From: Candidatus Saganbacteria bacterium
GTDB lineage: Bacteria > Margulisbacteria > WOR-1 > JAKLHX01
Direction: 5' to 3'
Assembly (NCBI GenBank): GCA_026387835.1
Contig: JAPLKZ010000010.1
Location: 326,379-358,378, forward strand
Length of the DNA: 32,000 nucleotides
In this document: in pieces, positions 9,658 through 19,936 of the stretch
Layout: the number at the start of each line of letters is the position of its first letter
Position numbering within the stretch: the first letter of the stretch is position 1
The notes under the pieces: generated by a model
Database searches by the model: none
What the model was told of the DNA's origin: nothing
Seen by the model: only the letters and a program-made list of their open reading frames with translations
Program-made: the position numbers and the translations under genes

Positions 9658-10104
9658 ATGAAGTGTCCCGCGTGCGGAAAAGACGATGATAAAGTGCTTG
9701 AGTCCCGCTCTATAGACGACGGCTCTGCCGTCAGGAGAAGGAGAGAATGCATCGACTGCAAAGCGCGTTTTACTTCTTATGAAAGAGTGGAAGAAAAGCC
9801 TCTCGTAGTAATAAAAAAGGATAATACCCGTCAGCCCTACAGCAGAGAAAAACTTGTGGGCGGCATCAGGAAGTCCTGCGAAAAAAGGCCGGTCTCTTCG
9901 GATGATATAGAACAGATCGCCGACGATGTCGAAAAGTTTTTGTACTCCGAGTACGGCAGGGAGGTCCCGACGTCCCAGATCGGCGAGATCGTGATGGACA
10001 AGCTTCAGAATATCGACCAGGTCGCCTATGTGCGGTTCGCATCCGTATACCGGCAGTTCGAAAAAGTCACGGACTTTGTTAAAGAGATAAAAAGCCTGAA
10101 TTAA
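9658..10104 (+). CDS. nrdR: Transcriptional repressor NrdR
   Basis: N-terminal zinc ribbon MKCPACG...CIDC followed by an ATP-cone (VIKKDNTRQPYSREKL...VAYVRFASVYR). I chose the ATG at 9658 because NrdR proteins start MKCPxCG. Confidence 0.9.
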   Translation: MKCPACGKDDDKVLESRSIDDGSAVRRRRECIDCKARFTSYERVEEKPLVVIKKDNTRQPYSREKLVGGIRKSCEKRPVSSDDIEQIADDVEKFLYSEYGREVPTSQIGEIVMDKLQNIDQVAYVRFASVYRQFEKVTDFVKEIKSLN

Positions 10105-10132
10105 CGGCCAATCAACAGAAGGGGGAATTACC

Positions 10133-12445
10133 ATGTCCAGCGAAGAATTGAACTTGTCCGAAAACGCGATAAAGGTCCTTGAAAAAAGATATTTAAAGCG
10201 CGACGAGAAAGGGAATGTGACGGAAAATCCGGAGGATCTTTTCCGCAGGGTATCAAAAAATATCGCCTCTGCGGAAGTGAGGTTCTCGTCGACAATAGAG
10301 GCGAAGCAGGTGGAGGACGAATTTTTCCGGATGATCTCCTCACTGGAATTTCTTCCGAATTCCCCTACTCTCATGAACGCCGGGAGGGCCTTGCAGCAAT
10401 TATCCGCGTGTTTCGTGCTGCCTGTCGATGATTCTTTGGAAAATATCTTCGAGACGGTAAAAGAGACCGCGATGATCCACAAGAGCGGCGGCGGGACCGG
10501 GTTTTCTTTTTCTCATTTGAGGCCAAAGGACGACATCGTCCTGACGACCAAAGGGGTTTCTTCGGGACCTGTATCTTTTATGACCGTATTTGACGCCGCG
10601 ACCGAAGCGGTAAAACAGGGCGGCACCCGCCGCGGCGCCAATATGGGCATACTTCGCGTGGACCATCCGGATATCCTTGATTTTATTACCTGCAAAAGAG
10701 ATAACAATAAAATAAACAATTTTAATATTTCGGTAGCTGTCACTGACGAGTTCATGGAAGCGGTGGAAGAAGGCAGGATGTACGATCTTGTTAACCCGCG
10801 GACAAAAGAAAAAATGCGCAGCCTTAACGCCAAAGAGGTTTTTGACCTTATTACCGAGATGGCATGGAAGAACGGCGATCCGGGGATCATCTTTATCGAC
10901 AGGATGAATGCTTTTAATCCCACTCCTCTTATAGGGGAGATCGAGGCTACAAATCCCTGCGGGGAGCAGCCTCTGCTCCCTTACGAATCCTGCAATCTCG
11001 GCTCGATCAATCTTGCAAAGATGGTAAAGAAGTCTTCGGGCGCGCAGCATGAAATAAACTGGGAAAAGCTGAAAAAGACCGTTCATTTGTCGGTAAGATT
11101 CCTTGACGATGTGATTGAGATGAACAAATACCCGCTTAAAAAGATCGAGGATATGACAAAAGCCAACCGCAAGATCGGCCTCGGGATAATGGGATTTGCC
11201 GATATGCTGATCATGCTCGGCATTCCTTACAACACGAAGAAGGCTATGTCGACAGCCGAAAAAGTGATGCGGTTCGTCCAGGAAGAAAGCAAGAAGGCGT
11301 CGGAAAAACTTGCATTTGAAAGGGGTGAGTTCGCGAATTTCAAGGGCAGCATATATGATGTCCAGAACGGGCCAAAGATAAGGAACGCAACGACCACGAC
11401 CCTTGCTCCGACAGGGACCATCAGCATAATCGCTGCCTGTTCTTCCGGAATAGAGCCCCTGTTCGCCATCTCATATATAAGACGGGTGATGGACAACGCT
11501 GAGATGGTGGAAGTGCATCCGTTATTCAAAAAGATAGCAATGGAAGCGGGCTTTTACAGCGACGAACTTATGAAAAAGATCGCGGAACACGGCAGCGTGC
11601 AGGGGATAGAAGAAGTTCCCGAAGATATCAGGAGGGTATTCGTTACGGCTCACGATATAAACGCCGACTGGCATATAAGGATGCAGTCCGTTTTCCAGAA
11701 ATACACGGACAATGCCGTTTCAAAGACCGTCAACTTCGCGAATAACGCGACAAAAGACGACATCAAAAACTCGTATCTTTTCGCATACAAAGAAGGCTGC
11801 AAGGGCATAACCATATACCGAGATAAAAGCAGGGAGACGCAGGTCCTGAACATCGAAAGTAGAAAAGAAGAGAACAGGAAGCCTCACGGAATAGTCCCGA
11901 GGGAAAGGCCGAGCCAGACGCTCGGCAAGACGATCCGCATCGGGACCGGCTGCGGCAATCTTTACGTGACCGTAAACGAGGACCAGTCGGGGTTGTGCGA
12001 GGTATTTGCAAAGATGGGGAAATCAGGGGGATGCGCGGCATCGCAGTCGGAGGCGATCAGCCGTTTGATATCCTTGTGCCTAAGGTGCGGGATAGATAAG
12101 GAAGCTATCTTAAAACAGGTGAAAGGCATCAGATGTCCTTCTCCTTTATGGGTGAACGGCGGAATGATCCTTTCCTGCCCCGATGCTATCGCGAAGACGA
12201 TCGAGCAGTACATCGGCAACGGGAACGGCCACGGCCACGTCGATGATATGCCGGATATCGATCCGGTTATCGCCGCAGCAGCCACCGCAAAAGCAAAAGA
12301 ACCCGTTCCCGTGACCGTTTCTTTCATGGAAGAAAGAGATATCAAGACCGACATGTGCCCGGAGTGCCCCGAGTGCGGCAGTATGGTCGATTTTACGGAA
12401 GGATGTATCGTCTGCAGGTCGTGCGGATACTCTAAATGCTGGTAG
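10133..12445 (+). CDS. nrdJ: Class II ribonucleotide reductase, full length with C-terminal Cys-rich zinc-ribbon domain
   Basis: It has the same catalytic motifs as the short paralog. It also carries the conserved TGCGNLYVTVNED...GKSGGC...ISLCLRCG segment and a terminal CPECPECG...CIVCRSCG zinc-finger tail. Confidence 0.9.
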   Translation: MSSEELNLSENAIKVLEKRYLKRDEKGNVTENPEDLFRRVSKNIASAEVRFSSTIEAKQVEDEFFRMISSLEFLPNSPTLMNAGRALQQLSACFVLPVDDSLENIFETVKETAMIHKSGGGTGFSFSHLRPKDDIVLTTKGVSSGPVSFMTVFDAATEAVKQGGTRRGANMGILRVDHPDILDFITCKRDNNKINNFNISVAVTDEFMEAVEEGRMYDLVNPRTKEKMRSLNAKEVFDLITEMAWKNGDPGIIFIDRMNAFNPTPLIGEIEATNPCGEQPLLPYESCNLGSINLAKMVKKSSGAQHEINWEKLKKTVHLSVRFLDDVIEMNKYPLKKIEDMTKANRKIGLGIMGFADMLIMLGIPYNTKKAMSTAEKVMRFVQEESKKASEKLAFERGEFANFKGSIYDVQNGPKIRNATTTTLAPTGTISIIAACSSGIEPLFAISYIRRVMDNAEMVEVHPLFKKIAMEAGFYSDELMKKIAEHGSVQGIEEVPEDIRRVFVTAHDINADWHIRMQSVFQKYTDNAVSKTVNFANNATKDDIKNSYLFAYKEGCKGITIYRDKSRETQVLNIESRKEENRKPHGIVPRERPSQTLGKTIRIGTGCGNLYVTVNEDQSGLCEVFAKMGKSGGCAASQSEAISRLISLCLRCGIDKEAILKQVKGIRCPSPLWVNGGMILSCPDAIAKTIEQYIGNGNGHGHVDDMPDIDPVIAAAATAKAKEPVPVTVSFMEERDIKTDMCPECPECGSMVDFTEGCIVCRSCGYSKCW

Positions 12446-12960
12446 CTTTCATCGGTGACGGAGAAGGCAAGACATCCGCGGCAATAGGCCATGCTATTCG
12501 CGCAGCCGGCCACGGCAAAAAAGTTGCCGTTATTCAGTTCCTTAAAGGCCGGACAAATACGGGTGAATATAAATATTTTTCTAAGTGTCCTTCGATAGAA
12601 CTTTACCTCGCCGGCGAATCGTCTTTTGTCCTTGATAAAACTCCGAAGGAAACCCACACAAAAAAAGCAAAAGAAGGGATTGCTCTTGCAAAAAAGCTTG
12701 CCGGCTCACAGAAATATTTCCTTCTTATCCTTGACGAGATACTGGACGCGCAGGCCGCGGGATTGATATCGACAAAGGATATTGGGGAGATCATTGATTT
12801 GGTGCGGGTCCCGATCGGATCGGTGACTCTTCATGCAATTTTAACCGGCCGCGTCCTGCCGCCGGAGCTGTCAAAGAAGATCGATCTTATCACCCAGATG
12901 AAGAAGATAAAACACTATTATGATCTTGGGGATAAGGGGATAGAGGGGTTGGATTGGTGA
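12436..12960 (+). CDS. cobO: ATP:cob(I)alamin adenosyltransferase (CobO/BtuR family)
   Basis: P-loop-like GDGEGKTSAAIG, then GHGKKVAVIQFLKG, LLILDE, LTGR and a KHYYDLGDKGIEGLDW tail, all in family order as I recall it. It overlaps the nrdJ stop by 10 nt. Confidence 0.7.
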   Translation: MLVAFIGDGEGKTSAAIGHAIRAAGHGKKVAVIQFLKGRTNTGEYKYFSKCPSIELYLAGESSFVLDKTPKETHTKKAKEGIALAKKLAGSQKYFLLILDEILDAQAAGLISTKDIGEIIDLVRVPIGSVTLHAILTGRVLPPELSKKIDLITQMKKIKHYYDLGDKGIEGLDW

Positions 12961-13015
12961 TTTTATCCCGTTTTCGCTTCGAGCTTTTTCTCCTATTTCT
13001 TAAGACTGTTCGGTT

Positions 13016-13801
13016 TTAGGCCTTTCCCTTTCCAGAAACTGCCGAAAGATCTTCGATAAGGCGAACTGTACATTTGCGGCTGAGCTGCTTTTCCATATGC
13101 AAGTCATCTCGGCAATTTCGGAAGCCGCGAAAAACACAAAAATCTCCTCCCCTAGAGGATTCTGTCCACTCCTTTCTGTTGCCTGTTAAATCATCTCTTG
13201 CCACTGCGTTTGTCTCTAGCGAATCGTCGATTTTTAATGTGGCATTTTCCCATTCTTCCTCATACGGGATTCTAAGGTTTCTCCCGGTAATACCGCTCAA
13301 CCACTTTGCATATGCCCGGCCATCCTCCAGGTTTAAAAATACCGCGCTCCTTTGTTGCGATGAACCTGCGAGAGCTTTTATGAGGAGATCCGCACCATCA
13401 CCTGTGATTGGATATGACGTGCTTTTTACAAATCGACCGAATTGACCGGCCGTAAGTTCCCCCACCATAATATTAAAACCCTGAGGATAGGCTCCTATGA
13501 AGTTTGGGACCCCCTTATATGATGCCCCTAGTTTCTTGTCAACAACTATCTTCATTTCTGTTCTTGCATAATATTTTTCTTTGTCGTTCATTGCTTCATA
13601 TATTGCATCTTTCTCCCTCATCAAAGATAAAACTTCTTCTCTTTGTGGATATATTTGTGAATATATTGTCCCCTTATCAACAAATATGCTTATTTGTCTT
13701 GCTCCTCTTAATGTTCTTAATGCCTCTCTCATTTGGACCCTTGTTATTTTTGTTCCGTCTGAATTTCTCCATTTTTCACCAATATTAATTTTGATAATCA
13801 T
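13016..13801 (-). CDS. Hypothetical protein with a C-terminal FGE-sulfatase (SUMF1)-like domain
   Basis: VGELTAGQFGRFV ... AVFLNLEDGRAYAKWLSGITGRNLRIPYEEEWENA ... NRKEWTESSRGG follows the FGE-domain pattern (VT..qF..F, PV..VsW.dA.aYa.WL, RLPTEaEWE, EW...GG). I do not recognise the N-terminal ~100 aa. The 5' half is visibly AT-rich. Confidence 0.4.
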   Translation of the reverse strand: MIIKINIGEKWRNSDGTKITRVQMREALRTLRGARQISIFVDKGTIYSQIYPQREEVLSLMREKDAIYEAMNDKEKYYARTEMKIVVDKKLGASYKGVPNFIGAYPQGFNIMVGELTAGQFGRFVKSTSYPITGDGADLLIKALAGSSQQRSAVFLNLEDGRAYAKWLSGITGRNLRIPYEEEWENATLKIDDSLETNAVARDDLTGNRKEWTESSRGGDFCVFRGFRNCRDDLHMEKQLSRKCTVRLIEDLSAVSGKGKA

Positions 13802-13957
13802 GTTACATCCTTTTTTGCTTTGGTATTACCATCTGATAATATATCGAACGGCTTTTCAAGATATTTCAATGGTTTTGGGTGGGTAAGAATATTTTAGGTT
13901 ATTTCGATCGATCGCCGTTCCGGGCGACGACAGATGATTATTATCGTGGAGCCGATA

Positions 13958-14452
13958 CTAAATATTGTTGTTTTTGTCTGCGCGCGAATGCAATCGCGAG
14001 ATCGTTTCCTGTAGCGTTCCCATCGGGCATATCACGCACCAGCTTCTCGGTTTATAGATCGCTCCGACAATAGTCCCTAATACAGTTGTTAATATACACA
14101 TTGATATAAAAGCCGCTCCTATGGTGATCCAGTTCCCTCCCGTTCTAATGATAATTGATATCAAATACCCAATTAATAGAACAAATACCGACCATCTGAA
14201 CCATTTCTTTGAGAATATTCCGGGCAAATTATTCTTCCGGCTGAAGAACGGGACAACAATTTCCAGAAAAGATCCGCGCGGGCATAAGAACCAGCACCAG
14301 TATCTTTTTTTGAAGAATGAAAGAGCTGAAAAGAATATTATCATGCCAAGGACCAGATAGCCGATCACGGGCCATATAAGGCCGCCGATCAAGATGATAG
14401 GTAAAAGCCATATCATTATTAATTGCGATGTTTTATATTTAGCGGTAACCAT
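13958..14452 (-). CDS. Small polytopic membrane protein with two WCx3CPxG motifs (NapH/Fer4_5-like)
   Basis: Roughly four hydrophobic segments. It carries RYWCWFLCPRGS and RSWCVICPMGT, the half-ferredoxin motifs typical of NapH/NosR-type membrane proteins. Its ATG directly follows the thiF TAA. Confidence 0.45.
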   Translation of the reverse strand: MVTAKYKTSQLIMIWLLPIILIGGLIWPVIGYLVLGMIIFFSALSFFKKRYWCWFLCPRGSFLEIVVPFFSRKNNLPGIFSKKWFRWSVFVLLIGYLISIIIRTGGNWITIGAAFISMCILTTVLGTIVGAIYKPRSWCVICPMGTLQETISRLHSRADKNNNI

Positions 14453-15064
14453 TTATTTTCCCTTCAATACTTGTTCGAGCGCCACGGAAGCCATCAGCGC
14501 CGCGCATGCTATCACCCTCGGGGCCAAAGGGGGGGTTTCTTTTCCGGCATATGTTTCCTCATCTCCGACTATATAGACGTTTTTTCTGGCTTTCCTGATC
14601 TTGATATGCGTCTCATTTTTTATGCCCGCCATACCGCTCCCCATGATCAGGATCTTGTCTGTATTTCCGAAGCTCTCAAGGAATAGTTTCTTTGACTGAG
14701 CATTATCAAAAGCTTCGAAAATAACATCTCTGTCTTTGTAGTATTCTAAAATATTGCTTCTGTCGAGATGGATCTTTTTTGCCTTTATCTTTGCGTCGGG
14801 ATTTATAAGGAGTATTTTCTTCGCTGTTGTATCGACTTTAGAGGCCCCTATCTCGCCGAGAAAATAATTCTGCCTGTTAAGATTGCTTGCTTCAATGACG
14901 TCCTCATCAATGATCTCAAAGTCCTTGAACCCTGACCTTACTATGGCATTGGCTATATTTGAACCTAACCCTCCGCAACCCGCAATGCCAATCTTTGTCT
15001 TTTGAATGATGCCGAGCTGTTCTTTTGTAAAGTATTTTAGTAGCCCTTTTTCAAATTCGTTCAT
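14453..15064 (-). CDS. thiF: ThiF-family sulfur-carrier adenylyltransferase (short form, 203 aa)
   Basis: IGIAGCGGLGSNIANAIVRSGF nucleotide-binding loop and DEDVIEASNLNRQ. There is no rhodanese domain. Confidence 0.8.
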   Translation of the reverse strand: MNEFEKGLLKYFTKEQLGIIQKTKIGIAGCGGLGSNIANAIVRSGFKDFEIIDEDVIEASNLNRQNYFLGEIGASKVDTTAKKILLINPDAKIKAKKIHLDRSNILEYYKDRDVIFEAFDNAQSKKLFLESFGNTDKILIMGSGMAGIKNETHIKIRKARKNVYIVGDEETYAGKETPPLAPRVIACAALMASVALEQVLKGK

Positions 15065-15265
15065 TTACCCGCCCCCGACAAAAGATATTATTTCGATCTT
15101 GTCGTTCTCGTTCAAATAAGTCTTGCCCCATTCTTCACCTTTAAGGATCTTCCCGTTGTGCTCGATAACGGCTCTCGCGGAGTCGAGTTTGTGCATGCTT
15201 GCCAGATACCTGATGTTCACGGACCGGGGAGTTTCTTTTTCTTCGCCGTTTACTATAATCTTCAT
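15065..15265 (-). CDS. thiS: ThiS-like sulfur carrier protein ending in GG
   Basis: 66 aa of the form MKIIVNGEE...NDKIEIISFVGGG-stop, matching the ubiquitin-like ThiS/MoaD pattern. The C-terminal Gly-Gly is already exposed. Confidence 0.8.
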   Translation of the reverse strand: MKIIVNGEEKETPRSVNIRYLASMHKLDSARAVIEHNGKILKGEEWGKTYLNENDKIEIISFVGGG

Positions 15266-15876
15266 TTTTCTCCTCCGTTTTTCCGCGACAGCACGAACAG
15301 TCCTGTTGTTGCGAACATGTTGGGAAAAATGAAGGCTTTTTTCTTTTCCCCGATAAATATCTTTCTTTCAATGTTTATCCTGTTCTTTTTGCAGAAATCG
15401 ATAAAATCATATATCGTCAAGAATCTCACGTTCGGTGTTTCGAACCATTTATAAGGGAGTGATGCTGTGACCGGCATCCTTCCTCTTAAAACAAGCTGTA
15501 ATCTTGATTTATAGTAGGCGAAATTCGGGATCCCTACGATGACCTTATTGCCCACCCTGATAGCGTCGTCAAGGACCTTTTCCACGTGCGCTACCTGCTG
15601 GAGACTCTGGTTAAGTATGACGTAGTCGAACGATTTATCCCTGTATTCAGAGAGGCCTGAATCGATGTCGCCGTGAAAAACGCTCAGCCCTTTTTCAACG
15701 CACTCCCGGACAGCTTTTTCGTCGATCTCTATGCCGACGATCCTGGCCTTTTTTTCCTGTTCAAGCAGCTGCATCAGCTCGCCTGGGCCGCATCCGAGAT
15801 CAAGGATGCTTGTCCTTGCATCTACGATCTCAAGTATCTGCCTGTGGTCCGGCCTTAGTTTCCCCCAGTCGATCAT
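15262..15876 (-). CDS. metW: Methionine biosynthesis protein MetW
   Basis: ILDLGCGPGELMQLL SAM-methyltransferase-like motif and FDYVILNQSLQ. It sits immediately downstream of metX, as in other metXW pairs. Confidence 0.85.
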   Translation of the reverse strand: MIDWGKLRPDHRQILEIVDARTSILDLGCGPGELMQLLEQEKKARIVGIEIDEKAVRECVEKGLSVFHGDIDSGLSEYRDKSFDYVILNQSLQQVAHVEKVLDDAIRVGNKVIVGIPNFAYYKSRLQLVLRGRMPVTASLPYKWFETPNVRFLTIYDFIDFCKKNRINIERKIFIGEKKKAFIFPNMFATTGLFVLSRKNGGEK

Positions 15877-15877
15877 G

Positions 15878-17014
15878 TTAATCTCTGCCCCTTTCGACTT
15901 TCGCCAGAAAATGTTTTATCAGGTGTGTAAGTTCTTTTGTCTCAAGCAGAAAAGCATCGTGTCCGTATGTTGAATCGATCTCGCAATAAGATGTGTCGAG
16001 CCCTGCTCTTTTGCATGCTTTGACGATCTCCTTTGAGTGGTGCGTCGGATAAAGCCAGTCCGATTTCATCGCGATTGCAAGGATTTTTACGTCGCCTCCA
16101 ATGAGCGCTTCTTCGAGCGGTTTGCCTTTAGATGCATCATAATAGTCCATGGCCTTTGTTATGTAAAGATATGAGTTCGCATCAAATCTTTTTACAAAAC
16201 TATCCCCTTTGTATTGCAGGTATTTTTCAACCTCGAAATGCGCGTCAAACTTGGCCGGCAGTTTCTTTTCATTCTTTTGCCTGCCGAATTTTTCTTCCAT
16301 CGAGACATCGCTCATATAAGTTATGTGCCCAAGCATGCGTGCAAGCGCCAGCCCTTTTGCCGGAATTTCCTGCCCGTAATATTTCCCCTCGTTCCAGTTT
16401 GGGTCAGACATTATTGCTTGTCGTCCCACTTCGTGGAACGCTATCTGCTGCGGGGAGTGCTTTGATGATGTGGCAATCGGTATCGCGCTGTGTATCATGC
16501 CCGGATATTTTACCAGCCATGAGACTGCCTGCATGCCGCCCATCGATCCTCCCGCAACCCCCAGAAGTTTCTTTATGCCAAGATGCTCGACCAGTTTTTT
16601 CTGTGCACTGACCATATCTCCGATCGTTATGAACGGAAAATCCAGAGAATAAGGATTGCCGGTGGCCTGATTTATTGATGATGGCCCTGTGGATCCGCTG
16701 CAGCCGCCAAGCACATTTGAACATATGATGAAATACTTATCCGTATCAAAAGCTTTTCCCGGACCGACCATTTCATCCCACCAGCCCGGCTTTTTATCAT
16801 CTGCACTGTATCTTCCGGCAACATGGCTGTCTCCTGAAAGTGCGTGAAGAAGCAGGATGCCATTTTCCGCATCTTCATCAAGCTTTCCGTAAGTCTCGTA
16901 TGCGAGGGTTATCGGGCCAAGCTTCTCCCCGCTTTCGAGGATTAAGCCATGCGAGCCTTCCCCAAAAGTGAAGTATTTCTTTTCTACGGTCCAGATACTC
17001 CCCTTTTTTATCAT
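15878..17014 (-). CDS. metX: Homoserine O-acetyltransferase
   Basis: Alpha/beta-hydrolase with GGSMGGMQ (nucleophile elbow), [11 protein letters not shown]-like [11 protein letters not shown], and a terminal GHDAFLLE. Confidence 0.9.
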   Translation of the reverse strand: MIKKGSIWTVEKKYFTFGEGSHGLILESGEKLGPITLAYETYGKLDEDAENGILLLHALSGDSHVAGRYSADDKKPGWWDEMVGPGKAFDTDKYFIICSNVLGGCSGSTGPSSINQATGNPYSLDFPFITIGDMVSAQKKLVEHLGIKKLLGVAGGSMGGMQAVSWLVKYPGMIHSAIPIATSSKHSPQQIAFHEVGRQAIMSDPNWNEGKYYGQEIPAKGLALARMLGHITYMSDVSMEEKFGRQKNEKKLPAKFDAHFEVEKYLQYKGDSFVKRFDANSYLYITKAMDYYDASKGKPLEEALIGGDVKILAIAMKSDWLYPTHHSKEIVKACKRAGLDTSYCEIDSTYGHDAFLLETKELTHLIKHFLAKVERGRD

Positions 17015-17020
17015 ATTTTT

Positions 17021-17947
17021 CTACTCTTCAAATAACCAGGTCGAAAGGTACCTTTCCCCGGTATCAGGAAGAAGGACGATTATCGTTTTGCCTTTGGATT
17101 CCGGTCTTTTTGCCACTTCAATCGCTGCCCAGAGTGCGGCGCCGCTCGAAATGCCGACCAAAAGTCCTTCTTTTTTTGCAGCGAGTCTGGCCAACTGTCC
17201 TGCGTCTTCATTCGAGACCTTTATTATCTCATCTACCGTCTTTGAGTTGTAGATCTTAGGAACAAACCCCGCCCCTATCCCCTGTATCTTGTGAGCTCCA
17301 GGAGAACCGCCCGACAGTACCGGAGAATCTTTCGGTTCCACTGCTATGATCTTTACGTCGTTCTTCTTTTTTTTGAGGGCTTCACCTACTCCGGTAATTG
17401 TCCCTCCGGTCCCGACTCCCGCGATAAATATATCAACCTTTCCGTCGGTATCGCTCCAGATCTCTTCGGCAGTGGTCTTCCTGTGGATCTCGGGGTTTTC
17501 CGGGTTCTCGAACTGCTGCGGTACAAAGCTGTTGGGAATGCTCTGGTGCAGCTCCTGTGTTTTCGCAATAGCTCCCGACATTCCTTTTGTCCCGTCGGTC
17601 AGGACAAGTTCCGCGCCGAAGATCTTGAAAAGCTTTCTTCTTTCGATGCTCATGGTCTCGGGCATCGTAAGTATAAGGCGGTATCCTCTTGACGCGCAGA
17701 TAAATGCCAGGGCTATGCCGGTATTACCGCTCGTCGGCTCGATTATCACGGTGTCTTTTTTTATAAGCCCTTTCTTCTCCGCGTCTTCGATAAGGGCTAT
17801 CCCGAGCCTGTCTTTTACGCTTGAGAGTGGGTTGAATGATTCGAGCTTTGCAATGACCGTTGCCCCCAGACCCTCGGCTAATTTGTTGATCCTGACCAAA
17901 GGCGTTCTGCCGATAGTCTTAGTTATGTCTTCAAATATCTTTGTCAT
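17021..17947 (-). CDS. cysK: Cysteine synthase (O-acetylserine sulfhydrylase family, CysK/CysM type)
   Basis: PLP-Lys motif SVKDR, then [10 protein letters not shown] and GTGGTITG. Confidence 0.85.
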   Translation of the reverse strand: MTKIFEDITKTIGRTPLVRINKLAEGLGATVIAKLESFNPLSSVKDRLGIALIEDAEKKGLIKKDTVIIEPTSGNTGIALAFICASRGYRLILTMPETMSIERRKLFKIFGAELVLTDGTKGMSGAIAKTQELHQSIPNSFVPQQFENPENPEIHRKTTAEEIWSDTDGKVDIFIAGVGTGGTITGVGEALKKKKNDVKIIAVEPKDSPVLSGGSPGAHKIQGIGAGFVPKIYNSKTVDEIIKVSNEDAGQLARLAAKKEGLLVGISSGAALWAAIEVAKRPESKGKTIIVLLPDTGERYLSTWLFEE

Positions 17948-17962
17948 CGGTTCATCCTCCTT

Positions 17963-19267
<1,305 letters not shown>

Positions 19268-19389
19268 TTATTTTTTTGCCGGTCCTTTAGGCCTTGTTTT
19301 TCCCAAGCCTAAGAGGACCCGCTTTTAATTTTGCTTAGACTGGTTTTTCCCGACACGCATACCGTCATCGTCCATAGGTCCACCTCCTT

Positions 19390-19827
19390 TTATATAAAGT
19401 AATTTGTCCCCTTGCTTTTTAACTGGTTTTTTTCAATAAGGTCCTGTAATGTAATCCCGGACAGGTATTTTTTTATGTTTTGTGCCATCCCGTCCCACAC
19501 GTCCATTGTCACGCATTGAAGGGCCCTTTTGCATGAATCGGGATCGTCAACACAATCGACAAAATTGATTGGCCCCTCGAGTAATGATACGATTTCTTCC
19601 AAATTTATCTTTGCCGGCTTTTTTGCCAAAATATAGCCGCCCTTTGAGCCGCGGATCGAATTTACCAGCCCCGCATTTTTAAGCGGCGGGATAAGCTGCC
19701 ATAAATATTTTTCCGAGATCTCCTGTCTTTTTGATATGTCCTTCAATAAGGCCGGCCCCTGGCCGAAATGGAGCGCCAGATCGAGCATTAACCTCACTCC
19801 ATATCTCCCTTTTGTAGACAGCTTCAT
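19390..19827 (-). CDS. Rrf2-family transcriptional regulator with a three-Cys cluster motif
   Basis: MKLSTKGRYGVRLMLDLA wHTH, then SIRGSKGGYILAK and CVDDPDSCKRALQC (C-x6-C-x5-C). Confidence 0.85.
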   Translation of the reverse strand: MKLSTKGRYGVRLMLDLALHFGQGPALLKDISKRQEISEKYLWQLIPPLKNAGLVNSIRGSKGGYILAKKPAKINLEEIVSLLEGPINFVDCVDDPDSCKRALQCVTMDVWDGMAQNIKKYLSGITLQDLIEKNQLKSKGTNYFI

Positions 19828-19878
19828 AAATAAAACCTCGGATAATCTATCTCTACTAATTCTATCGCATTACTAGAC

Positions 19879-19907
19879 ATTATACTTGCATTTAATTTCC
19901 CTGTCAA
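19879..19907 (-). promoter_or_regulatory. Consensus sigma70 promoter for the Rrf2 / met-cys operon
   Basis: On the minus strand: TTGACA, a 17-nt spacer, then TATAAT. Both hexamers are perfect. A leader of about 45 nt with a GAGG SD follows. Confidence 0.6.
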
Positions 19908-19936
19908 GGCCTTACTTTTTATTTAGTTAATCTGCA

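Noticed and set aside
7709-10132. Cobalamin riboswitch upstream of either nrdJ copy
   Set aside because: The non-coding gaps are only about 90 nt, too short for a cobalamin aptamer plus expression platform, and I see no B12-box-like core. A covariance-model scan would settle it.
9619-10482. 287-aa ORF on the minus strand
   Set aside because: It is antisense to nrdR and the nrdJ 5' end, both of which carry unmistakable conserved motifs. Its own translation is Ser/Phe/Arg-rich with no recognisable motif and no SD. It is a shadow ORF.
11962-12657. 231-aa minus-strand ORF spanning the nrdJ/cobO junction
   Set aside because: It is antisense to two well-supported genes and shows no recognisable motif.
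13802-13957. Terminator for the thiF operon (TCGTCGCC...GGCGATCGA stem)
   Set aside because: The stem is short and bulged and no U-tract follows it. The evidence is too weak to annotate.
19281-19319. Hairpin as the terminator of the Rrf2 gene
   Set aside because: On the minus (mRNA) strand an A-rich stretch follows the stem, not a U-tract. The T-runs lie on the plus strand, where no gene ends.
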